From IMG/VR virus record IMGVR_UViG_3300026442_000101: a DNA stretch of 64,000 nt; one strand, 5' to 3'. Shown in pieces: positions 26,700 through 33,670 of the stretch. Position numbers and translations under genes: made by a program. The notes beneath the pieces were generated by a model. That model did not search any database. It was not told where the DNA came from and was given only the letters and a program-made list of their open reading frames with translations. The first letter of the stretch is position 1. The number at the start of each line of letters is the position of its first letter. Source of the stretch: a virus (lineage: Duplodnaviria; Caudoviricetes).

Positions 26700-27862
26700 T
26701 TACCACCTCCTTTAAAACGACGATGCTGACCGGGCGGTGGAGCGCCCCATGGATCGTTTGGGTCACTGTGCAGGTGCGGTTCATCATCGTCATGACGGTA
26801 ACGCTTCATCTTCGACGAATTGGTTGCGCGCTGTTTATACGGCGACAGATTGCGATTGACCTTGATGGTGATGGTTGGGCTGATCACCACACGCCATTCG
26901 CTTTCATCAGCGGCAGTCTCGACCTTGGAGGCCGTGAGCCATTCGAACTTACCACTGTCGACGATCTCGTTGGACTTCGGATCGCGCAGTTCGAGAACGA
27001 TAGTGCCATCATCCTCATGCACGAAACGACTGTCGCCTTTGAACGCCTCACCGTTGTGCAGGATCTCACGCAGGTTGTAGTTCGCGTACACTTCGTCAGG
27101 TACGTTGTGGATCTTGAGCTCTTGCTTGAAGGCCTTCAGATCCTTGGCGCCGGTGGCCACCTTCGCTACCACTCGCAGCATGTCAAAGCTGATGCGGTGA
27201 CACTTGCAGTAGTCGAGGATGTATGCCAGGATAGCCGGCTTGAGCTGAAGCTCTTCGATCACTTCGAGGATGGCATCTTCCTGCATGCCTTCGTAGTTGA
27301 TCTTGTACAGGAAGCGGCCAGGGCGGTGGATCATGTAGTCGCTGAGCTCGTGGACATGGTTGGAGGTAACGATGAACATCACCCCTTCCAGATCCGAGTC
27401 GCTGAACAACGTCAGCATCTTATCGCGAGCTTCTTCTTCGTAGTACTTACCGAACTCATCGAAGTAGACGACGCACTTACCCATCGCCAGGATCAGGCGC
27501 TTGATCACCGAGGCCGGGATGGCGCTGGTAATCATGAGACACGGCCGCTTGAACTTCTCGATCACCGAGTTGATGGTGTCTTCAGCCAGCAACGACTTAC
27601 CCGCACCTTTCAGACCGGTCAGCAAGATACCGGTGGTGCCCTTGGCCTCACCGTAGGTTCTGATGAAGCTGGTCTTGTAAGCATCGTGCTGACCATAGCG
27701 CTTGGTCGGAACCTTGAACTTTTCGCGGTCCTTGATCAGGATGACTTCTTCATCCTTGGTCCCTACACGGTAGACCATTGGAGCGACTGCGTCGATCTTG
27801 TTGTGCAGGTTGATATTGCTGAGCGTTACGTATGGGCCTTCATCGGCCAGAATGGTTGGCAT
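26696..27862 (-). CDS. AAA+ ATPase
   Basis: Walker A GLKGAGKS, Walker B VVYFDE, HRPGRF arginine finger. Confidence 0.9.
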   Translation of the reverse strand: MPTILADEGPYVTLSNINLHNKIDAVAPMVYRVGTKDEEVILIKDREKFKVPTKRYGQHDAYKTSFIRTYGEAKGTTGILLTGLKGAGKSLLAEDTINSVIEKFKRPCLMITSAIPASVIKRLILAMGKCVVYFDEFGKYYEEEARDKMLTLFSDSDLEGVMFIVTSNHVHELSDYMIHRPGRFLYKINYEGMQEDAILEVIEELQLKPAILAYILDYCKCHRISFDMLRVVAKVATGAKDLKAFKQELKIHNVPDEVYANYNLREILHNGEAFKGDSRFVHEDDGTIVLELRDPKSNEIVDSGKFEWLTASKVETAADESEWRVVISPTITIKVNRNLSPYKQRATNSSKMKRYRHDDDEPHLHSDPNDPWGAPPPGQHRRFKGGGK

Positions 27863-27871
27863 CTTGTTTCC

Positions 27872-28714
27872 TTACACGAGTTCGACGATATCGAGATGAT
27901 CGATGCGGTTACGCTTGAAGCTTGCCGCGTTAGTGTGACCGCCGCCGCCGTGTTGTTCGGCAATGGTGGCGACGTTAACGTCAGAGCTCTTGAGCGAACG
28001 CAGACGGTAGTAACGGAACTTGGCGTCTTCGTACCAAGTGATCGAGAACGGCGAGTTGTACTTCTTGATCAACTCTTCACCGACGCGGCTGCCGTTGTAG
28101 CGCGGCACGTTCGACATCGGAATGTTCTCATAGCCAGCGAAGCTGACCAGGAAGCTTTCTTCCAGATGTCGGCCGATCTGCTGATCTTCCATCGCCACCA
28201 GCGGCTGCCCTACATCAATCAGATGTTCGGTATACGCATGAGCGTAAGTCACCGAATCGATTTCGATAGGCAAGGTGGCAAAGCCTGCGATGAAAGCTCG
28301 GGTATCAGGCAGCTTGTAGTTCCACAGGTCGTGGTCTTCCACAAGGTCGACAATCGTCGGCCGCGGCTGATTGGGGAAGATGATGTCCCACGCCAGACCT
28401 GCACCAGACCGGGTCATGTCAAGACGCAGGTCGAGGTTGTTCGGATAGCCCGCCTTCTCGAAGTATTCGTCGATACGTTCGATGGCCGTCTCGTGATGAT
28501 CGAGCACAGTGACCATCTTCGCCTTATCGCACATCTCAGCGAGGACGTTCGGCGGATAGGAGAAGTCGAGGATGATGACCGTACGGTCGGTAACGTCGGG
28601 TGGGTTATCACCATAAGCTGCGGCGATGTAGTCGGCATCATCACCGTACTTGTTGCGAGCTGCCCATGCGGCAACGACGCCGTCGAAACAGTCAGCGTGG
28701 TAGATTACAAGCAT
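27872..28714 (-). CDS. DHH/DHHA1 phosphoesterase
   Basis: HADCFDG, ILDFS, LDHH, GGGGHTNAASF. Confidence 0.9.
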   Translation of the reverse strand: MLVIYHADCFDGVVAAWAARNKYGDDADYIAAAYGDNPPDVTDRTVIILDFSYPPNVLAEMCDKAKMVTVLDHHETAIERIDEYFEKAGYPNNLDLRLDMTRSGAGLAWDIIFPNQPRPTIVDLVEDHDLWNYKLPDTRAFIAGFATLPIEIDSVTYAHAYTEHLIDVGQPLVAMEDQQIGRHLEESFLVSFAGYENIPMSNVPRYNGSRVGEELIKKYNSPFSITWYEDAKFRYYRLRSLKSSDVNVATIAEQHGGGGHTNAASFKRNRIDHLDIVELV

Positions 28715-28764
28715 TACAGTCTCCAGTTTGCCTTATGTCAGAACATAAGGCATTGGGTTAGATT

Positions 28765-29403
28765 TTAACCGTTATCGGTCGCTTGGTTCATGGGTTCCGC
28801 GTAACCCATGCTCTCATCAACTTCAGATTGCAACCGATCGGTCATGCGTTCGCGCCTTTCTTCGGTAGTGATCTTGCGGATGGGAGGCTTGAGGTTGTGG
28901 TCCTCCGTGAAACCTTTGGCATGCAGCAGCGCCAAGATATCTTCGACCTTCCAGATCTCGTAAGGCGGTAAGCCGCCGAGCGAACACTTGCGCAGCAGTT
29001 GACCCGCTTCGTCAAGGCTCTTTGTGATGTGAACAGCCATGGTCATCTGTTCTTCAAGCTTACTGGCAGCTCCGCGGACGTAGGTAACGCCTTGCCCGTA
29101 ATGTACGCGGCGGCGCAGCATGTACGTCTTGTGTTCTTCGCTTTTGTTGGGTACGCGGAACTCGTAGAGCTTTCCGCTAGGCGTCAGGATATTGCAGACG
29201 TTGGCGACTTCAGCCTGGCGGATCTCATCGATAGTGCCATCGAAGTAATCGTAGATCACCGGCCAGTTGCATTCCAGCGGGATGATTAACCCGTACTTGG
29301 TAATCAGCGAATCGATCGACACCTTGGTGTATAGATCGTTAGGTTTCAAGATGCCGGTCTGGAGGAAGATCTCGTTGTCTTTGAATACAGTTACGTTTGC
29401 CAT
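28765..29403 (-). CDS. hypothetical protein
   Basis: 212-aa ORF. Confidence 0.75.
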   Translation of the reverse strand: MANVTVFKDNEIFLQTGILKPNDLYTKVSIDSLITKYGLIIPLECNWPVIYDYFDGTIDEIRQAEVANVCNILTPSGKLYEFRVPNKSEEHKTYMLRRRVHYGQGVTYVRGAASKLEEQMTMAVHITKSLDEAGQLLRKCSLGGLPPYEIWKVEDILALLHAKGFTEDHNLKPPIRKITTEERRERMTDRLQSEVDESMGYAEPMNQATDNG

Positions 29404-29993
29404 TACTTAGCGATCCTTGGGACTCGAGGCTTACGGGCACGTTTACGGGTAGGCGCTACTTCTACCGGCGCTGGCTTCGCAGGTGGAGTGATCAGCGGCA
29501 ACAGGTCGCTCTGGCCGATGACATCAACCACCGTACCTACCTCAGGGTTGAGCTCACCTACTGAGATGATCGTGTCTGTGACTGACAGGCCGTGGGCCAA
29601 GCCGACGTATCCCATCCATGCACCGTTACCTCGACATTGGGTGGTTTCGTTCAGATGGGTCCAGCGGTAACCATCAACGCACCACGCGTCAGTGGTGGTC
29701 ATTACGAAATAAGTGCGGTCGCCCAGGAATGCTTCCCGCTGTTCCTCGGTGAACTCAGGGCCGACGTTCTTCTCAGCCGCTTCCCAGCCCATCAGTACGA
29801 TGCTGAATATATCCATCGCAATCTGAACGCTTTCAGGATGGATGTTGTCCCCACAGAAAGCTACAGCCATGCGCTTGGTCTTGCAGACGTACAGCTTCCG
29901 CATTTCCTGAAGGTTGGAATAGGTGGTGTAAGGCTGGACAACACCACAGCGATCAGCGCCGAGGACTCCATCCTTGTAAATGATCAACGACAC
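29403..29993 (-). CDS. Ntn-hydrolase (HslV/proteasome-beta-like) protein, Ser at N-terminus
   Basis: MSLIIYKDGVLGADR pattern parallels MTTVVFDGVTLAADS at 42044. Confidence 0.55.
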   Translation of the reverse strand: MSLIIYKDGVLGADRCGVVQPYTTYSNLQEMRKLYVCKTKRMAVAFCGDNIHPESVQIAMDIFSIVLMGWEAAEKNVGPEFTEEQREAFLGDRTYFVMTTTDAWCVDGYRWTHLNETTQCRGNGAWMGYVGLAHGLSVTDTIISVGELNPEVGTVVDVIGQSDLLPLITPPAKPAPVEVAPTRKRARKPRVPRIAK

Positions 29994-30018
29994 ATCTATC
30001 TCCTTACAAAATAAAACG

Positions 30019-30052
30019 ACATAAAGAGCAGGGTCTTTCGACCCTGCTCTCG
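30019..30052 (-). terminator. hairpin terminator
   Basis: GAGCAGGGTC-TTTC-GACCCTGCTC, CATAAA flank. Confidence 0.7.
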
Positions 30053-30062
30053 CTTGTGCTGC

Positions 30063-30350
30063 TTAAAGGTCCGGGCGCAGTGCCGTCGAACCTTGACCCT
30101 GCTTCGGAGCCGGTGCCTTGTAGGTCGGTGCGGTGCTGCGGGTCACTTTGCCGTCGGTGCCGAAGTAGATACGGGTGCCGATGGTTTCGGTGATGGCGGT
30201 ATCGCCGACCAGGACCGATTCCATGGAATTGTCACCGAATACCAGGCTGGCGCCTTGGTCGCTCAGATGCGCCAGAGTAGCGTAGGTTTCGCCGTTCTCG
30301 GTGGATAGCTTGGCGATTTGTTCAGCGGTCAGTTGCATGTGAAGCTCCAT
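30063..30350 (-). CDS. hypothetical protein
   Basis: 95 aa, codon-biased. Confidence 0.75.
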   Translation of the reverse strand: MELHMQLTAEQIAKLSTENGETYATLAHLSDQGASLVFGDNSMESVLVGDTAITETIGTRIYFGTDGKVTRSTAPTYKAPAPKQGQGSTALRPDL

Positions 30351-30379
30351 TGCAGTTGGGTTGGTGTTGCTCTATACGG

Positions 30380-30388
30380 TAATGTGTG
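30380..30388 (-). promoter_or_regulatory. putative phage promoter motif
   Basis: CACACATTA on minus strand. Confidence 0.55.
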
Positions 30389-30405
30389 GTTGTGATTAGT
30401 TACAG

Positions 30406-30933
30406 TCAGTTGACCCGAAGGATCACTTGATCACGACCACCGCGTTGAGCCAGCCATTCGTAGAACTGCGTATACTTCATATTGCAGAAGAAGTAACTGG
30501 CATCGTCGACGATGATGAGCTTTGCTGGGGGAATAGGATCGGGCAGACCTTTCTTCCGATGCAGGATCGAGCGCTTTACTTCGTATGGCGTACACACACG
30601 AACGCTTTCTAATTCTGCACGGGGATACCCGATGAAATCAGGGTTCTCGTTCGCACAGTTCTGGATCAGCATCTTCTTGATCCTGAGGTTCGGTACGATG
30701 TAGAGCGCCTCACCTACCAGGTTGAAGATCTGAGCCAAAGCTCTGGTACGGCCGGTCTGACGTGGGACGAAGAACCCCACAGTCTTCCAGTCACGCAACC
30801 AGATGTCGTCTGGAGGAGCTGCCCTTCTGTACTGTTCCTCGAACCACTCCTGTTCGGCGTGGAATGGCGCCAGCAGGCTCTGTACCATCTCCTTCGGATT
30901 GAAGGGAGGTTGTGAGACCGTTTTCTTACTCAT
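30406..30933 (-). CDS. small P-loop NTPase-like protein
   Basis: PRQTGRT Walker A-like and IIVDDA Walker B-like. Confidence 0.6.
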   Translation of the reverse strand: MSKKTVSQPPFNPKEMVQSLLAPFHAEQEWFEEQYRRAAPPDDIWLRDWKTVGFFVPRQTGRTRALAQIFNLVGEALYIVPNLRIKKMLIQNCANENPDFIGYPRAELESVRVCTPYEVKRSILHRKKGLPDPIPPAKLIIVDDASYFFCNMKYTQFYEWLAQRGGRDQVILRVN

Positions 30934-31349
30934 CTTGTAATCTCGCCTTTATATTCAAACGGTAAGTTCGCCTTCTCAGCGATCTTCCGTAAAACGTTTA
31001 TGCTTAAGTGTCGGTGACAGAACTTACCGGGACTACAATAGCACGCAATGGCCACCTCACTGTCTCGTCCCAATTCGAGCAGATCGTAGAAAGACCGACG
31101 CCAACTACCGTACCGATCGCGTAATAGCGCTAGGTATTGTTCGGTATACATCTCGTCGGTTATGAGCTCGCCCTTGTGGTTCATGACCATCGTCCAAGTG
31201 GGTGCGAGAAACTCGTACTCCACAGCTGACTTTACCGTGGTATCGGCCAGGATGATTCCCCTATCCTGCACCAGTCTCCACTGGCTAATCTGCGCTGTCC
31301 AAAAGGCCATGCTAAGCTCCGGTATTCTCTGACATACATTTGCCAGCAT
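30930..31349 (-). CDS. DUF488-like protein
   Basis: ACYCSPGKFCHRHL motif. Confidence 0.6.
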   Translation of the reverse strand: MLANVCQRIPELSMAFWTAQISQWRLVQDRGIILADTTVKSAVEYEFLAPTWTMVMNHKGELITDEMYTEQYLALLRDRYGSWRRSFYDLLELGRDSEVAIACYCSPGKFCHRHLSINVLRKIAEKANLPFEYKGEITR

Positions 31350-31364
31350 AAATGAAAGTTTACG

Positions 31365-31396
31365 GCATAAAGCCGGGATCTATCCCGGCAGTATGT
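31365..31396 (-). terminator. hairpin terminator closing the RNA locus
   Basis: GCCGGGA-TCTA-TCCCGGC with CATA/TATG flanks. Confidence 0.7.
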
Positions 31397-31397
31397 T

Positions 31398-31530
31398 TAG
31401 GCCCCGAGCGGGAGATTTGAACTCCCCACCAACTAATAAACGACGGACACGGGAAAGTGCGTCAGGCATGAAACCCTTTCCAGTATATCGTATCGCAGTT
31501 CGCCGGAGTAGCGCCAGCCGCTAGCCAGGG
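31398..31530 (-). ncRNA. tRNA-scaffold RNA NC1 (133 nt): acceptor, D-like hairpin, long insert, T arm, G-CCTA end
   Basis: Acceptor CCCTGGC/GCTCGGG; T arm GGGAG-TTCAAAT-CTCCC. Confidence 0.55.
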
Positions 31531-31537
31531 ATGATCG

Positions 31538-31726
31538 TTACAGGAACTTGGGCTTTTCCTTAGTCAGGCAAGCCGCCGGGAAGCCGGTAGCGCGAACTTC
31601 ACCATCGGCCATCCAACGAACCACCGTGTGCTCGTCTTCCTCATCATAACGCTCGACGGTCAGTTCCGGAGAACCGCTTTTGAGGTAGACGACATCACCT
31701 GGTTCGAACTTGGTAGCTTCGCTCAT
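31538..31726 (-). CDS. YodC/DUF2158-family protein
   Basis: FEPGDVVYLKSGSPELTV...VRW...FPAACL. Confidence 0.75.
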   Translation of the reverse strand: MSEATKFEPGDVVYLKSGSPELTVERYDEEDEHTVVRWMADGEVRATGFPAACLTKEKPKFL

Positions 31727-31744
31727 GCCGGTATCCTGTATTGT

Positions 31745-31948
31745 TTAGAAATCGGAGAAGGTGCGCATGAAGATGGACTCAGCAATGGTCCAGATCTTCC
31801 CTGCCGGTGCATCATGGGTAGGCTCCACATTTGTGTAGACCACCATCGGCCAAGAGCAATCTTGCCCATGTTGCGCCTTATACAGGACTTTGAATCGCAG
31901 TCCGCTAGGAGACTTGTAATCCACTCCTTCTTCATACGACTCAAGCAT
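31745..31948 (-). CDS. DUF1653-like protein
   Basis: FKVLYKAQH...MVVY...IWT...F pattern. Confidence 0.6.
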   Translation of the reverse strand: MLESYEEGVDYKSPSGLRFKVLYKAQHGQDCSWPMVVYTNVEPTHDAPAGKIWTIAESIFMRTFSDF

Positions 31949-31963
31949 TGCACTCTCTCCTAA

Positions 31964-32115
31964 TAGGTCTCCAACATACCCAGTGTATCGCCTATTGTAT
32001 TGTTGAGCGGTCGCAGTTAGGATTTCGGGTCGTACCTAAATTTTCCCCATTGCTGGGCGATGTCCTGATGTAGCGTTTTGGACGATTGCGACACTTTAGC
32101 GATACCACGTTGGAA
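31964..32115 (-). ncRNA. structured RNA NC7 (152 nt) closed by an acceptor-like stem, ending A-CCTA
   Basis: TTCCAACGT/ATGTTGGAG, GTATCGC/GCGATAC, GTCGCA/TGCGAC, CCCA-GCAA-TGGG, TTAGG/CCTAA. Confidence 0.55.
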
Positions 32116-32117
32116 AA

Positions 32118-32245
32118 TAGGTCTCCACCCGTGTTTTCGAGACACGGACCTCACTCATGTACCTGATCCACGCCGAACCCCGAAGGGATGGGCATGTTCG
32201 GAATCGAACCGAAAGAGTGCGCTCTACCATCTGAGCTAGGCGGAG
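32118..32245 (-). ncRNA. tRNA-scaffold RNA NC2 (128 nt) with permuted mini-tRNA in the anticodon arm
   Basis: Acceptor CTCCGCC/GGTGGAG, D arm, stem CACTC/GAGTG around 58-nt insert holding a second T arm. Confidence 0.7.
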
Positions 32246-32252
32246 ATAAAAC

Positions 32253-32978
32253 TTACGCGCAGCGGTAGTTCGGGTTCTCGAGAACAACCTCGAGGTCGAA
32301 GAACAGCTCGGTCTTGATGCTGGACGGCACGGTGATGGAAAGCAAGGCGCGCTCAGGATCTACCTTCAGGTAGATGTCTTCAGCACCAGGGATGCTGAGG
32401 GTGTAGTTCTGAGTACGCTGACCTTCGATCTGCTTGATAGCAGAGAGGTCATGGGACAGCTTGATACCATCGGCCGTGCGGACGTTGTTGAAGCGGATAG
32501 CGCCGACGCTGTCGGTCAGATCCAACACGCTGGGATCGCCGAAGCCGAACACGTTGAACTTACCATCGACCAACGGCAGGTTCTTGGCTTCGAGGCGACG
32601 CTCGGTAGCGCGGCCAATGCGACGACGCAGGACAGTGGAGTACTTGTCCATGAACGCGCCTTGCTGCATCATCATGTCTACATCGAGATCGGAAAGACCT
32701 TCAGGCTTGGCGCCCTGACCCACGTTGTAGAGGAACGAGCACAGACCTTTGTGACGCGCGGTCAGTTGCGCTTGCTCGATAATCATGCGCTGGACATGCG
32801 CCGGGCGGCTGTCGATGTGACCGAGCGGCAAGTGATCTTTCAGGAACTGCTCTTCCGATTGCCAGGTTACGTTGCCGGCTTCGTCTTTGACGTTGTAGCC
32901 AGGCTTACCATCTTCGCCGGATTGAGACGACCAGGCGAGGACAGTAACGTTCTTGTTCACCAGATAGTTCTGAGTCAT
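32253..32978 (-). CDS. multidomain hypothetical protein with crAss001_48-like helical hairpin
   Basis: QRMIIEQAQLTARHKGLCSFL...QQGAFMDKYSTVLRRRI pattern. Confidence 0.7.
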   Translation of the reverse strand: MTQNYLVNKNVTVLAWSSQSGEDGKPGYNVKDEAGNVTWQSEEQFLKDHLPLGHIDSRPAHVQRMIIEQAQLTARHKGLCSFLYNVGQGAKPEGLSDLDVDMMMQQGAFMDKYSTVLRRRIGRATERRLEAKNLPLVDGKFNVFGFGDPSVLDLTDSVGAIRFNNVRTADGIKLSHDLSAIKQIEGQRTQNYTLSIPGAEDIYLKVDPERALLSITVPSSIKTELFFDLEVVLENPNYRCA

Positions 32979-33006
32979 GAAAGATCTCTGCGGGTGGTTG
33001 GATGAA

Positions 33007-33095
33007 TAGGGCGTTCCTCGTGGATTTGAACCACGGACCTTCGGCGTGTCTTTTAGCTAAGGGGCCGACGCTCTAACCAGCTGAGCTAAGGAACG
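33007..33095 (-). ncRNA. tRNA-scaffold RNA NC3 (89 nt) with 18-nt anticodon loop
   Basis: All four tRNA stems perfect; loop CCCTTAGCTAAAAGACAC; ends C-CCTA. Confidence 0.75.
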
Positions 33096-33099
33096 AGAA

Positions 33100-33213
33100 T
33101 AGGGGCTTCCTCGAAGAATCGAACTTCGGACTTCCGCCAGGTATGGTGAGCCTGCCCCATTTAAGGGGCCAGGAGGCTCGAAGACGGCACTCTACCAACT
33201 GAGTTAAGGAAGC
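33100..33213 (-). ncRNA. tRNA-scaffold RNA NC4 (114 nt) with 44-nt hairpin insert replacing the anticodon loop
   Basis: GCTTCCT/AGGAAGC, CCGTC/GGCGG, CGAAG-TTCGATT-CTTCG; ends C-CCTA. Confidence 0.75.
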
Positions 33214-33220
33214 ATGTAGC

Positions 33221-33496
33221 TTAAAGCAAACCTTCCGAGATCATGAACTGTTCGAGGTCATCAAAGAAACCATCGTACAGGATTTCGGTACCGGCAAAAC
33301 CTTTCCAGCGCCACCACTTAGGTTCTTTACCCATAGCGGTGATGCTTTCTTCGGTTTGCTTTCTGAAGAAATTACCGACCTTATCGAACGCAACGAGGTC
33401 GGTGGTGTAGAGATCCCCGTGGACGTGCAGCAGCCTGATTATCTTGGCTTCCAGTTCTGGACTAACCTCGAGTTCTTTCAGTTGCTTATTGCGCAT
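33221..33496 (-). CDS. hypothetical protein, 91 aa (start reassigned to MRNK)
   Basis: The longer start overlaps the NC5 RNA. Confidence 0.7.
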   Translation of the reverse strand: MRNKQLKELEVSPELEAKIIRLLHVHGDLYTTDLVAFDKVGNFFRKQTEESITAMGKEPKWWRWKGFAGTEILYDGFFDDLEQFMISEGLL

Positions 33497-33512
33497 CACA
33501 AGTTTCTCTGAA

Positions 33513-33664
33513 TAGGGAGCACTGACTGGAATTGAACCAGTGACCTTCGTCAAGTTGGCCTTACGCTCTAACCAACTGAGCTAATCACCCATACGGGCGA
33601 TGCCGGACTCGAACCGGCGACCTTAAGGGAGGGACGACGCTCTACCAAACTGAGCTACAGTGCT
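33513..33664 (-). ncRNA. nested double tRNA NC5 (152 nt): outer tRNA containing a complete circularly permuted tRNA
   Basis: Outer AGCACTG/CAGTGCT and TCGTC/GACGA; inner GGGTGAT/ATCGCCC and TAAGG/CCTTA; two D arms, two T arms; ends C-CCTA. Confidence 0.85.
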
Positions 33665-33670
33665 ATTGAA

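Noticed and set aside
33497-33553. N-terminal 19 aa of ORF 33221..33553
   Set aside because: Overlaps the T arm and acceptor of the NC5 RNA; the downstream ATG at 33496 is more plausible.
33591-33664. Reading NC5/NC6 as two ordinary tandem tRNA genes each
   Set aside because: Within each half-unit the acceptor strands (e.g. AGCACTG vs ATCGCCC) and anticodon stems do not pair; pairing works only across units.
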